Assembly (NCBI GenBank): GCA_963792585.1
Contig: CAWBWI010000003.1
Span: 62,942-126,941, forward strand
Origin: Candidatus Eiseniibacteriota bacterium
GTDB lineage: Bacteria > Eisenbacteria > RBG-16-71-46 > CAIMUX01 > VGJL01
DNA: 64,000 bases
Direction of reading: 5' to 3'
The notes below the pieces were generated by a model, which worked only from the letters and a program-made list of their open reading frames with translations, had not been told where the DNA came from and did no database searches. Below, one piece after another: positions 39,712-49,962 of this stretch. Both the position numbers and the translations under genes were made by a program. The first letter of the stretch is position 1; each line of letters starts with the position of its first letter.

Positions 39712-40512
39712 CTACCCCGCCGGCTGCATCGCCCCTTTCTGCACTAGACCTTCGAAGTGGCGCTCGAGGTGGTCGGCGAAGGCAGCGGACTCGATCAGCA
39801 CACCGGCCTCGATGTTCCGCTCCAGCGCCGCCTCGGTGAAGTTCGCCGAAGAGACGAGCGTGGTCGAGTGGTCGACCACGATGCACTTGGCATGGAGGCA
39901 GGCCCGATCGCGCGCACTGAGCGCCAGCGACCGCGGGTCGTAGTAGATCGCAGGCAGCCGTCTGCCCGGCCACTCCTTTTCGCGAAATCTCTCGACGAAG
40001 CGGTCCACGATGTCGGAGTCGAGCGAGGTGTCGGTCGGACGCCGCTCGATGTTGAGGAACATGCGCACGTCCAGATCCGGGTCCTGGTCCATCCGCGCGG
40101 CGAGCGTCTCGAAGACGCGCCACCCCTGGAACACCACGTATCCCGCCAGGAGAACGGTCTTTCGCGCCTTCTGGAACAGCTCACGTACGACGACGACCGT
40201 GTCGCGGCTTGGCGCGCCTTCGACCTCGGGTCCGGTCCAGACGAGATCGATCGTCCGCCGGCCCATGACCTGAGAGCGCGCGCGGACGATCGACCAGACA
40301 AGGAGCACCAACTTCCGCCGGTCCCATCCCTGGTCCGCGAGATCCGTCAGTGCATTCGCGACCGCCTTCACGTCCGGGAACTCTCCGCACGTTCGGAGTA
40401 TGGAGAGCGCGTCGTACGGCGGCGCGAGGCCCCCTCCGTACAGCGCAAACGCGAGCTTGTGCAGGTTTCCGTCGTCCAGCGCCTCGATCACCGGCAGATC
40501 TATGTCTCCCAT
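39712..40512 (-). CDS. drmC: DISARM phospholipase D-like nuclease DrmC
   Basis: IDLVWTGPE, LHAKCIVVD (HKD), SANFT...RNIEAG; coupled to drmB. Confidence 0.92.
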   Translation of the reverse strand: MGDIDLPVIEALDDGNLHKLAFALYGGGLAPPYDALSILRTCGEFPDVKAVANALTDLADQGWDRRKLVLLVWSIVRARSQVMGRRTIDLVWTGPEVEGAPSRDTVVVVRELFQKARKTVLLAGYVVFQGWRVFETLAARMDQDPDLDVRMFLNIERRPTDTSLDSDIVDRFVERFREKEWPGRRLPAIYYDPRSLALSARDRACLHAKCIVVDHSTTLVSSANFTEAALERNIEAGVLIESAAFADHLERHFEGLVQKGAMQPAG

Positions 40513-42332
40513 CAGAACCCCCCGAAGAACGCGCATGCCGCCTCGTCCACGGTCGGCACGACGAGCGACCGGTCCAGGAAATCGTTCTGCATCTCGCAGC
40601 TCGTCTCGGCGATCAGCAGGCAGCCGTGGCAGGCCGCGCCGACCAGGAACCGCCGCTCGAGCTCGTTCACCGGATCGTGCTGGGCGCAGACGGGATCGTT
40701 CGAGCAAAGCCTCCCGATGTCGATGGCGGAACTCAGATGCCGCTCGATCCGCCTCCCCTCCTCGACGAGGCCGCCCAGCGTCCCCTCGGCATCCGTCGTC
40801 CCGGTGTACAGGAGGATGCCGTATCCCGACGGCCCGGCGTAGATCCGCTCGCGGATCGAACTGGCCGGATAGCCGCACTCGAGCGCGACGCCCGTGATCA
40901 GCATGTGCGACAGCGAGTGGAGCATGATGTACGGAAGTCCGGGGAACTGCCGCTTCGTCCCGCGATGCTCCTCGCGCCAGACCTCGAAACCGGACGCCAG
41001 TCGCCTGCCCCGGGACACCACCCCGGACAGGGACGCCCACGCATCAACCGCCGCCCCGTCCCACTGCAGAAAGATCCCCTCGCCACGGTTCTCGATGGCC
41101 GGCAGCCAGTTCGTCTCGCGCGAGAGTGCGGCGCGCCGCACGCCGATGTCGAGGTCCCCGCTCACATCGGGACCGATCGGCTCGAAGCGGCTGAAGCCGA
41201 CGAGCGCCCGCACCTCCCGGAGCCGGTGAACGCGCACGACCTTCTCGAGTGTCCGCGTCCACGGCCGATCCCAGACCGCACGCGGCAGCGCCCGCGCGAA
41301 GAAATCTCCGTCGGGAGTGTCGCTCCCAAGCTCCTCTCCGCTCGCAGTGAGGACCTGGATCTCCGCCTCCTTGACGGGCGGGAGCTTCGCCGACGGCCCG
41401 GCGTCGCGCCGCTTCCGGATCGCGTCGAAGACCCGCTCATTCGGATATCCCTCCAGCGCCTTCTCGACCGGAGGCTTCTTCGTCCGCTCCCGCTCGAGTT
41501 CCTCGATCGAGTCGACGTACTGGAGATAGGCTTCCCAGATCGAATCGATCGCCTTCGCGAACGGCTCGTCCTCGTCGGGCAGGGAGATGACGCTCAGGAT
41601 CTGCGGGAAGTAAGCGTTGCTCGCGGTGCGGACGAGGAGGCGGTTGGTCTCGTCGCACATCTCGCGCGACATGACCCCGAGCCAGGGGCGGGTGCCGTCG
41701 CAGGGTCCGAGGGCTTTGAATTCAGCGGTCGCGGCGTCGGACACCGGACGCTGCTTCCCGCACTCGCACCGTACCCAGACCTCGGAGATGTCGCCGCTCG
41801 TCCCCCGCTCATCGATCCAGAGCGACCGGCGGCAATCTCCCGTGCCCTCGTGAACGAAACCGTACCAGTCGATGTCCCCGATGTGCCCGCGCCGACAGGC
41901 CCGTACGAAGCGGATCGGCACCACTGCCCGCCTCTTGCCGTCACGGCCGACGTACTTTGCCTTCGTGAGCGCCCCGTGATGTACGAGCATGCGCGTGCGC
42001 CCGGCTATCCCCGCGCGCTCCTCCTCCGTCGAGGCCTGCACGATGAACCACTCGGGGAACTGGAAGACGGTGATGCCCGACGGCGCGCCACGCGGATCGT
42101 CCGTCGCGGCTGGAGGCGCATAGAGCCTCAACGCCGGCGCGCCGATCAGCTCGCACGCCTTCGCGGTCAATCGCGGCTCGCGCAGCACGGACCCCAGGCC
42201 GGACCAGAACTCGAGTCCTCCGACCAGCACCGAAGTGGTCGGCAGATCGACCAGCGAGCCCGGCCCGAAGGTCGTGACGATCTGGCTCTGGCGGATCTGC
42301 CCATGGGGACGCCGGGGCGACTTCGCCTTCAT
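40512..42332 (-). CDS. drmB: DISARM DUF1998-domain protein DrmB
   Basis: IRQSQIVTTFGPGSLVDLP, LHSLSHMLI, CSNDPVC...AACHGCLLIAETSCE..N..LDR. Confidence 0.94.
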   Translation of the reverse strand: MKAKSPRRPHGQIRQSQIVTTFGPGSLVDLPTTSVLVGGLEFWSGLGSVLREPRLTAKACELIGAPALRLYAPPAATDDPRGAPSGITVFQFPEWFIVQASTEEERAGIAGRTRMLVHHGALTKAKYVGRDGKRRAVVPIRFVRACRRGHIGDIDWYGFVHEGTGDCRRSLWIDERGTSGDISEVWVRCECGKQRPVSDAATAEFKALGPCDGTRPWLGVMSREMCDETNRLLVRTASNAYFPQILSVISLPDEDEPFAKAIDSIWEAYLQYVDSIEELERERTKKPPVEKALEGYPNERVFDAIRKRRDAGPSAKLPPVKEAEIQVLTASGEELGSDTPDGDFFARALPRAVWDRPWTRTLEKVVRVHRLREVRALVGFSRFEPIGPDVSGDLDIGVRRAALSRETNWLPAIENRGEGIFLQWDGAAVDAWASLSGVVSRGRRLASGFEVWREEHRGTKRQFPGLPYIMLHSLSHMLITGVALECGYPASSIRERIYAGPSGYGILLYTGTTDAEGTLGGLVEEGRRIERHLSSAIDIGRLCSNDPVCAQHDPVNELERRFLVGAACHGCLLIAETSCEMQNDFLDRSLVVPTVDEAACAFFGGF

Positions 42333-45300
42333 GCCGGGCCCTCCCCGGATCCGTCGCCGCCCTCGTCCTCGACCTCCGCACCCGCCAGGCTGCGCAGCCA
42401 TAGGTTCACGTTCGGCTCGACGTCGCGCATCGACCGGTTCGCGCGGAACCGACGCTCAAGCGGACCCAGACCTTCCTGCTCGGCGGCGAGGAAGTCGTGC
42501 AGGAGCGCCTTGGCTCCACCGCCCTCCCCTTCGTTGTACTGGAGATGGACCCCTCTCTCCCGGTACCCCTGCGCCATCCGCACCCACGCATCGAGCAGAT
42601 CCGACGCCCGCTCATGCACGCGCTGGCGCAGGCGCTCCGCGCGGGCCGGATCGCCCGCCCCCTGGTCCGCGGCGCGACGCTCCAGCGCTTCGACCACGAA
42701 CGCGAGCGCCGAGCGCTCCTCGACCACCCGCTCCGCGCCCCGCGGGGCGCACATCGGCGCATGCCCCAGCCGCGCCAGCGCGACCAGCGTCCCCGCGAGC
42801 CCGCGATCGAGCGCGCGCGGCGAGAACGGGGTCACGCTGGTGGCCTCCACGCTTCGATAGAAAGACTGATGGTAGGCGCCGAAGAGCTCGTAGTGCGACC
42901 GGTCGCGCGGCCGGTGGATATTGAACAGGGTGACGATCAGGCCGGGCCGCGCGGGGTCGCGCCCCACGCGGCTCGTCGCCTGGATGTACTCCGCACTCGT
43001 CTTCGGCTGCCCCAGGACGACCATCAGACCCAGGCGCGCGATGTCGAGACCCACCGAGATCATGTTCGTGGCGATCGCAACGTCGACCCGGTCCTTCTCG
43101 CTGAAGGTGAGCCCCAATCGCCGGCGCGCCTCCGCGACCTGATCGGTCCCCACGCGCGAGGTCAGCTCCACCACGTCGTAGGCGATCTTGCGGCCGGCGA
43201 AGAGGCCCGCCTCCTCCCCCACCCGCCGGCGCTCGGCATAACGCATGAGCCGCGAGGTGACCTCGTCCTCGACGATGCGACGGCTGCCGCCGAGCTCGCG
43301 CAGGCTGTTGAAGTAGCCGACCAGGGTCATGTAGGGGTCGGCGGGATTGAGACCGCCGGGATGTGTCGAGACGGGGACACCTTCCCCACCCCCCTCCACC
43401 CACGCCCTCTGCGCCGCCCCGAGCAGCGCCAGATAGGTCCGCAGGAGGATCACCTTGGGCGTACGTCCCTGCGCGGCGATGCCGAGGTAGAGACGCGCGG
43501 GACTCTCCTCGGGCGCCAGGGTGCGCGCGAAGAACGAATCGCGCCGGTCGGGACCCGGCGGCGGGAAGACCTCGACCGAGTGACGGTCGAAGAGGGCACG
43601 GATTTGCCGGTCCGCGCGCCGGACCGTCGCCGTCGAGGCGACGATCTTCGGCCGGATCGTTCCCCCGTCCCCCACGCGCGAGCAGAGCGCATCGAGCGCG
43701 GTCTCGTAAAGGCCGACCATCGTGCCCATCGGACCCGAGATCAGGTGCAGCTCGTCCTGGATGATCAGATCGGGCGGCGCAAGGGGCGCGGGCAGACGTT
43801 CGCCGCTCCCGGCCGGATCGCACGGACCGTAGAAGCCGTGCGAGTCGCCTCGGTCCGCGCCCCCGAAGAAGCCCCCCACCGGCCCCGTCCACGGCATCGC
43901 CGCGAACTTGTCCACCGTTGCGATCATGAAGCAGGGCAGGCGCCGGTAGATCGGCTCGTCGACCCCCAGGATCGGCAGCGAGCGCCCGCGCGTGAAGTCG
44001 CAGTCGCGGTTGAGGCAGTTCACCCGTAGCTCGGTCGGCTGATCCGTGTTCGGCCAGAGCTGGAACGAATTGCGGCCAAACCGTTCGCCGCACCACGGGC
44101 ACTCCTCGAGCGGGATCGGCGAGGGATTGCGGTCGTCGTTCTGGAAGCGGATCGTCTTCGCGCGCGCCGTGTTCGGGTCGTTGTCGCCCTTGCGACCCAT
44201 CCGGTTCGGCGTGGCCGCTCGCCCCACCCAGAGACCGATCTCGAACGGCCATGGACCCAGCCTGTCGGGCGCGCGCTCGCGCTCGCGCTCGAGGGCGCAG
44301 ATCAGGGTCGCCGCGCGGCCGAGCTGATCGAGGGTGAGCAGGCGCAACGTGTAGCGCATCAATACGCACACGCCCGCCGAGGACGCGTCCGGCCTGCGCA
44401 GGCGCCGAAGGATCAATGTGAAAGCCGCGAGGCCGAGGTAGGCCTCCGTCTTGCCGCCTCCCGTCGGGAAGAAGAGGAGGTCGACGATCTCGCGCTCCGG
44501 GTGCACGGACTCGACGATCCCGCGGAGGTTCATGAGGATGAACGCGAGCTGGAAGGACCGCCACTCAGGCGGATCGACGTCGCCTGGGCGGCATTTGCGC
44601 TCCATCGCGCGGCGGCGGCGGGCAGCCTCGCCCATCGCCCGGTTGGCGATGCGGAAGGCGTCGAGAGCGAGCGGATCGGTCGCGAGGAGCTCGATCCCCC
44701 GCTCGATGCGCCCGGCGACGATGGAGGCGTTCTTCATGAGGTGGAGGGCGATCTCGCGGCGGGATGTCGGGAGGCCATCGATCGATTTGCGTTGCGCCTC
44801 AATCCAATCACGGTAGGCGGAAACGAGGTTGGTCAAGATCCTGCGCGCCTGCTCGCCATCGGCGATGCCCGCAAGCGTCTCCATGCCCGCTTCCACCCCG
44901 GGGATCGTCTGCGGGGCGACGCGCTCGACCTCGGCCGCGGGGATCCACCGGGTGCGCAGGGAGAGGCATGTACCATTCGCGTCGCAGCAAGACTCGGTCG
45001 CGATCCCGTGGCCGACCGCGACCTCCCGCGCATCGCGGTACTGGAGGTCAGCGACCCGGTCGTCCCAGTCGCTCGAGTTGGCGCCCGCGCCGGATTCCCT
45101 CGGAATGAACGGGACCGGGGAATCGACCACCAGTTCCGCCTGGAACGCGTACGCCTCGTCCTTCACTTCGTCGTCCGCGGGCGTGCGGCGGTTGACGAGA
45201 AAGATGGAGACCGAGCGGGCGCCGGCGGGGAAGGAGTCAGAGAGAGCGCTATCGGGAATGGAGCCCGTGGCGACGGAGCCTGGGACCTTCGCTCCCTCTC

Positions 45301-45814
45301 CATGAACCGGCCGTACGGTCAGTGCGACGACGAGACCCCGGCTGCCGGGGATCGGCGTTTCGATCGTACGGGTCGTCGCGGCGGGGAGCGCGAGGTGCAG
45401 GCTCTCGACGCACTGCGTGCGGGTCCAGTCTTGCGGGGCCTTGTCCTCGGGGCCCGTGCGCTGCGCGCGATAGTCTCCCCAGCGGGCGGTCACCTGCAGC
45501 GTCTTCGCCTCGTGCGGGAGCAGGACGCTCAGGCCGATGGAAGATGGCAGATTCGCCCGGCGGGCCGAAGGTGGCTCCGGCGGGACCGCGTCGTCGGCCG
45601 CGCCGGCTTCGGCTTGCAGGTCGAGCTGCTCATCATCGCTCTCGTCCCCGGCGTGCTTCTCGGGCGCGCCCGCTGGGATCAGGAAGCCGGTCAGGTACCA
45701 GCGCGAGGGGGGCTGCGGGAGCGTTTCGGACTCGAGGGGCGATCCGGGGAAAGGGCCGACCAGATCGAGGAGGAGCGCCTCGACTAGCCTTTGACGGACT
45801 TCGATGGACTTCAT
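42329..45814 (-). CDS. drmA: DISARM SF2 helicase DrmA
   Basis: PSRWYLTGFL, FPTGGGKTEAY, RYTLRLLT, QDELHL, ASTAT, ATNMISVGLDI, YIQATSRVGR. Confidence 0.95.
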   Translation of the reverse strand: MKSIEVRQRLVEALLLDLVGPFPGSPLESETLPQPPSRWYLTGFLIPAGAPEKHAGDESDDEQLDLQAEAGAADDAVPPEPPSARRANLPSSIGLSVLLPHEAKTLQVTARWGDYRAQRTGPEDKAPQDWTRTQCVESLHLALPAATTRTIETPIPGSRGLVVALTVRPVHGEGAKVPGSVATGSIPDSALSDSFPAGARSVSIFLVNRRTPADDEVKDEAYAFQAELVVDSPVPFIPRESGAGANSSDWDDRVADLQYRDAREVAVGHGIATESCCDANGTCLSLRTRWIPAAEVERVAPQTIPGVEAGMETLAGIADGEQARRILTNLVSAYRDWIEAQRKSIDGLPTSRREIALHLMKNASIVAGRIERGIELLATDPLALDAFRIANRAMGEAARRRRAMERKCRPGDVDPPEWRSFQLAFILMNLRGIVESVHPEREIVDLLFFPTGGGKTEAYLGLAAFTLILRRLRRPDASSAGVCVLMRYTLRLLTLDQLGRAATLICALERERERAPDRLGPWPFEIGLWVGRAATPNRMGRKGDNDPNTARAKTIRFQNDDRNPSPIPLEECPWCGERFGRNSFQLWPNTDQPTELRVNCLNRDCDFTRGRSLPILGVDEPIYRRLPCFMIATVDKFAAMPWTGPVGGFFGGADRGDSHGFYGPCDPAGSGERLPAPLAPPDLIIQDELHLISGPMGTMVGLYETALDALCSRVGDGGTIRPKIVASTATVRRADRQIRALFDRHSVEVFPPPGPDRRDSFFARTLAPEESPARLYLGIAAQGRTPKVILLRTYLALLGAAQRAWVEGGGEGVPVSTHPGGLNPADPYMTLVGYFNSLRELGGSRRIVEDEVTSRLMRYAERRRVGEEAGLFAGRKIAYDVVELTSRVGTDQVAEARRRLGLTFSEKDRVDVAIATNMISVGLDIARLGLMVVLGQPKTSAEYIQATSRVGRDPARPGLIVTLFNIHRPRDRSHYELFGAYHQSFYRSVEATSVTPFSPRALDRGLAGTLVALARLGHAPMCAPRGAERVVEERSALAFVVEALERRAADQGAGDPARAERLRQRVHERASDLLDAWVRMAQGYRERGVHLQYNEGEGGGAKALLHDFLAAEQEGLGPLERRFRANRSMRDVEPNVNLWLRSLAGAEVEDEGGDGSGEGPA

Positions 45815-46144
45815 GGCGTCGGGCCTCCGGGTCGCGGGATGAGTCGGTTTCCCCGTCGCTTGCGTGCCGCGTCGCTCGCTCAACCGGATGAGACTGTGGG
45901 GTATTTCGGCTTCGCGATCAAGGGGCGGGTGTGGGCGCCGGTAGGAACGTGGAGCACGGAGTGAGCCGTGGCGCCGCGACCCGGGAAATCATCTGCACCA
46001 AGGCGAAGCCACTTTCTGGGCATGCTTCACGGGGTCGGACCAAGGCTGGCCCGAATGGCGACGCCGTTCAGTCCAGCTGGTTCCAGGAATCCCGCCCGGG
46101 ATAGATCGAGTGTGGGAAAAGCCGGCTTTGCGAAAGGCGGTGCG

Positions 46145-46738
46145 CTAGAAAGTGACGCCGAGGCCGACCACTCCGCTGCAACAGTCCCGTGGAGGAACGA
46201 CTGCCAACCACAGCCGCCGACGCTCCGGCCGCGAGGTTTCCGAACTCCTCACGACACCCTCCCCTTCGAGGTCTGCGGATGACCGGTAGTACACCGTTTC
46301 CCAGTCACTCGACGCGTTGCCGACCAAGGCGCCCAACCCCGCGAATAGGGCCGACCAGACCATGGTCCCCGCGTAACACTGGCCGCGGCTTCCACCCGCC
46401 GAAGACAAGTCTTCCTCGCTCGATGCGGTGCATGCCAGCATTCCGATCGCCATGCAGCCCCCGCCTCCGATGCAGGCGCCCTTGGCGGCATTCCCTTCAC
46501 GGACGTCCACCCGGTCGATATCTCGAAGGTCGAGAAACGTCGTCTGTCCACCGACCGAGAGGGACACCGATTCGCCGTTCACCTCCAGATTCCTGCCCTC
46601 GACGGTAAGGGTCCCCTTGAAGACGCGGACCTTGCCTTTCTTGGACACCAGCGTTTGTGCGGACGCAGACGTGCACAGACTCGGGCCGACGATCGCCGCC
46701 ATTGCGATCGCCACGAACAGACATCGCGTTCGAGTCAT
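46145..46738 (-). CDS. Exported hypothetical protein with a glycine-zipper-like hairpin
   Basis: Signal peptide ending SASAQ; GACIGGGG...WSALFAGLGALVG. Confidence 0.7.
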   Translation of the reverse strand: MTRTRCLFVAIAMAAIVGPSLCTSASAQTLVSKKGKVRVFKGTLTVEGRNLEVNGESVSLSVGGQTTFLDLRDIDRVDVREGNAAKGACIGGGGCMAIGMLACTASSEEDLSSAGGSRGQCYAGTMVWSALFAGLGALVGNASSDWETVYYRSSADLEGEGVVRSSETSRPERRRLWLAVVPPRDCCSGVVGLGVTF

Positions 46739-46844
46739 CCAACCTCCCCCAGCAACGAGTCGTTGTTCGACTCGTGCATTTCGAAACCCCCGAACCCATC
46801 CAAGACAATCCCCTCACAGACAAACAGCTGAGGGGCGACCATAC

Positions 46845-47879
46845 TCACGGCAAGATGTAATCATTGAATGAAGATGACTCGAGTTCTCTCCGGAACGACT
46901 GCATCGCCGTCTCCAGCTTACGTGCGTTGTAGGAGGCTACAGAATTGGCCCCTCCGTATATGTTCGCTATGTATAAAGTCCCGGCGAGTATAACACCCAG
47001 CGTGAACGTCGTCGATGATTCCTCCCTCTCCCCGTGGATCGCCAGGGCGGTGGAGGCGCCGACCATCAGCCAGGTGTTGATCGCATCGAATGCACGGCCC
47101 GCATAGAGCTGCCCCCCCCCGGGGACGATGGAAAGGAGCGCGCCCAACGCCACACGCTTCTGCCCAAATGGAGGCGTCACCGAAAGCTCGCGGTCGATCC
47201 GGTCCGCCAGTTGAAAATTTCCGCCACCGGGAAACAGCTCCTTGTAACGGCGCATCGATGTGCGGGCGTCGCTCCACTCCGCGGCGTTCAGTTGCGACCA
47301 GGCGAGTGCGAATGCCCCCCGTTCGGAGAGATCGGGGTCGACGGAACTCATTTGGCGGAAGACGGCCTGCGCCGCATCATGTTCGCCCAGCATGTCCCAG
47401 CACCTGCCTGTGTAGAATTCGCTCGCTTCCCGGAGTCGGCCCGAGGTCGTGACATCCGCATACGCTTCGAATTCCGCCACCGCATCCCCGAAACGTCCCG
47501 CTGCGTACTCGCTGAGCGGGATCATGTAGCCTGCCAGGCTGACGGCGCTCGAATCGGCCCGGAAGAACGCGTGACGTTTGAAAGAGGTGATGGCCCTGTA
47601 GTAGTCCTTCGAGTGAAACAGATGCATCCCAAAGTCGAACTCGGACGGATGGGCGCCGTCGACCGGAGCGGTGGGGGCCGTGGCGATCTCGGACCGACCG
47701 TCGCCCCCGCGCTGCCCCTCGGGTGGGGAGGTCGACGCGATCTCGGCCTGAATGTCCCCCCCGCGTTGCCCCGCAGGTCGGGGAGTTTGGGCAGGACCGG
47801 CGGTAGCCGTGCAGAAGAGCAAGAGGACGAGTTCGAGAACCTTTCTCACGGCGCGAGCGCTCCGCTCGGCCCGGCGCAC
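46845..47879 (-). CDS. Exported TPR protein with a C-terminal TM2-like hydrophobic module
   Basis: YYRAITSFKR and further TPR helices; ALGALLSIVPGGGQLYAGR...ANIYGG. Confidence 0.75.
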   Translation of the reverse strand: MRRAERSARAVRKVLELVLLLFCTATAGPAQTPRPAGQRGGDIQAEIASTSPPEGQRGGDGRSEIATAPTAPVDGAHPSEFDFGMHLFHSKDYYRAITSFKRHAFFRADSSAVSLAGYMIPLSEYAAGRFGDAVAEFEAYADVTTSGRLREASEFYTGRCWDMLGEHDAAQAVFRQMSSVDPDLSERGAFALAWSQLNAAEWSDARTSMRRYKELFPGGGNFQLADRIDRELSVTPPFGQKRVALGALLSIVPGGGQLYAGRAFDAINTWLMVGASTALAIHGEREESSTTFTLGVILAGTLYIANIYGGANSVASYNARKLETAMQSFRRELESSSFNDYILP

Positions 47880-48385
47880 CCGAGCCAGCAGGGAGGATCT
47901 TGCAGATGAACTCGTTTCCCCGAGTCGTCCAGTTCATAGCCGTTGAGGATTGCCGCGGGATGACATCGCATCAACCGATCTCCCGTCATGAGTACGGCCC
48001 GAGGAATCCCGTATCCCCGGAAAGCCCCAAGCCCGTATTCGGAGCATGTGGGTGTGAACGGGCAACCACCCGGATTGAATGCCGTGTTGTAGGGCTTGGA
48101 CAGGATGACCTGGTAGAAGCGGATCGCTGCGACCGCGGCGATCGAAGCAGTGCCCGGCGTGGATTCGACACAGGCTGCGCCGGTGCCTCCGGCCGATTCC
48201 CACTGATGTAGTCCAGCCTGTGCCGTCAACCTCGCCGGCGGGATGGAGTAATCCCACGGGGGCCACTCCGGTTGAGAAGCACCGGCCCCCATGCTCGCGA
48301 AACTCACGCCGAGCGATGACAGAACCACCGCTCCCCAAATCCTCGCCCAGCGGACACGGTCCGGGATTCTCAAGCCGCTAGCCAC
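47846..48385 (-). CDS. YidD-like (membrane insertion efficiency/haemolytic domain) protein with an N-terminal signal or TM segment
   Basis: AIRFYQVILSK...GCPFTPTCSEYG...GDRLMRCHP. The GTG start overlaps the ompA-like stop. Confidence 0.8.
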   Translation of the reverse strand: MASGLRIPDRVRWARIWGAVVLSSLGVSFASMGAGASQPEWPPWDYSIPPARLTAQAGLHQWESAGGTGAACVESTPGTASIAAVAAIRFYQVILSKPYNTAFNPGGCPFTPTCSEYGLGAFRGYGIPRAVLMTGDRLMRCHPAAILNGYELDDSGKRVHLQDPPCWLGCAGPSGALAP

Positions 48386-49928
48386 CGGTGCTGGCCTCGA
48401 ATTGGTAGCCGTCGACCGCTTCCTTTCGAAGCAGATAGCGTGTGCCCTCCACATGCCGTACCGCGTCCTCCGGGTTCAGAGCGCTGATCTCGACACGACG
48501 ATTGGCCTTGCGCGCGTCGTCTGTCTGGCCAACTGCCGCAGGACGCTCTTCCCCGTAGCCGTGAGTCGCGAACTGCTCCCGCCTCAATCCGGAGAACTTG
48601 CCCAGTAGGTACTGCACAACGGATTCGGCGCGCTGTTCACTAAGGATCCGATTCGCTTCGGGAGTGCCCCGGTCGTCACAGTGCCCATCAATCCTGAAGT
48701 TGATTTCCGGAAGTCTGCTCAACGCCTCTCCCAGCGAGTCGAGGCGTGCAGCCGAATCTGGCAATAGTCTAGCCTCTCCCGTTTCGAACAGGATTCGCCG
48801 TTCCTGGAGCACCCGGCGCTCCAGGAGCCATTTGATAATATCGGGGTCCTCCACCGGACAGCCGTGCCCGTCCACGACGTAGCGGACATTCGTCGTGTCA
48901 CAATCGTCCTCGGCATCAGGAACGCCATCATAGTCCGCGTCGCCAGGGACGATGGGAATGCCGTCCGGCCCGACCATCAGGCGATACAGAGAGATCGTGA
49001 ACGGTTGCGCGTCAATGGAGTTCGGCTTTCCATCCCCATCGGAATCGAGGGTCCTTCCGTAGTAGTCAACCTCGTATCCAAGTGGAGTGTGCGGCTCCAG
49101 ATCTCTGCTGTCCGGCACCCCGTCACCGTCAGAGTCCACATAGTGGCTGGGAAGGCGGCTGAAGACCGCGGTCAGCGCGTTGCGCGTCGTCTGCTGGTCC
49201 GATCCAAGGTAGTCGAACGGTCGCCCACGCGGGACCTTCAGGGTGTGAGCGAACTCCGAATGAACGGCGCCAGTTTGCGGCCGCGTCGCGCGCCAGGCGA
49301 AGGAGATTCGGTCATGTGAGGTGCTGTCCGGGACCCGGGATATCCGGACCATCAGCGATAGCAGCGGAATCGAGTCCGCTCTACCGTTGAGTTCCTCTGG
49401 CGACCGGAGCAAGTAATACCCATTCCTGGCCAGCTTCAGGCGGGAGGTCGCGAAGGCTCTCTCTTCCAGCTCCTCCATCAGTGCGCTATCCGTGATCCCC
49501 GCCCCGGCGGCGTCGAATTGCCAGCTTACCAGGCAATTCTCGCAGACTCGAAGCGAGTCGCGCGCCGCAGGCGAATCGGATAAGCGCGCAGCTAGGCCGA
49601 GAACCCACATCGTATAACCCTCGTGAAGTGGGTCGTCATGGCCCATGATCGCGTTAACAATGATGTTTCCGCCGCAGACCCGCGCCTCGAGCGCCGTCTG
49701 TTCATAGATGGAGTGCGCGAGCTGGTTCTGGCGGCGAAAGGCGTGGACAACCCCGAGGATGACATAGGGCGGAGCTTGGCCCGGCTCGAAATATCGAATG
49801 CGGCCGGCCGAGATCGGGATGGACTCTCCGTCCGATGCAGCGACCCAGTTGAAGAGGACGATCAGAAGGAGCGGAGCGAGCCCAATCGTCCCTCGGAACG
49901 CTCGCGATTCGTGCGATCTCGCCATCAT
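48378..49928 (-). CDS. OmpA-family protein with TSP3-like Ca-binding repeats and a YbjQ-like N-domain
   Basis: DSDGDGVPDSRD, DSDGDGKPNSID, DADYDGVPDAEDDC; ILFETG...IDGHCDDRG...N..LSEQRA...GYGEERP...NRRVEI. Confidence 0.9.
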   Translation of the reverse strand: MMARSHESRAFRGTIGLAPLLLIVLFNWVAASDGESIPISAGRIRYFEPGQAPPYVILGVVHAFRRQNQLAHSIYEQTALEARVCGGNIIVNAIMGHDDPLHEGYTMWVLGLAARLSDSPAARDSLRVCENCLVSWQFDAAGAGITDSALMEELEERAFATSRLKLARNGYYLLRSPEELNGRADSIPLLSLMVRISRVPDSTSHDRISFAWRATRPQTGAVHSEFAHTLKVPRGRPFDYLGSDQQTTRNALTAVFSRLPSHYVDSDGDGVPDSRDLEPHTPLGYEVDYYGRTLDSDGDGKPNSIDAQPFTISLYRLMVGPDGIPIVPGDADYDGVPDAEDDCDTTNVRYVVDGHGCPVEDPDIIKWLLERRVLQERRILFETGEARLLPDSAARLDSLGEALSRLPEINFRIDGHCDDRGTPEANRILSEQRAESVVQYLLGKFSGLRREQFATHGYGEERPAAVGQTDDARKANRRVEISALNPEDAVRHVEGTRYLLRKEAVDGYQFEASTGG

Positions 49929-49962
49929 CCTCTATCCCCCGGCCGCGGGCGAGAGACCGGTA

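Noticed and set aside
45815-46144. Structured ncRNA (SRP/tmRNA/RNase P) in the gap upstream of drmA
   Set aside because: No recognisable conserved motif by eye. An Rfam scan would settle it.
39449-46145. drmABC as a mobile island with att sites
   Set aside because: I found no direct repeats, tRNA fragment, integrase or transposase in either flank.
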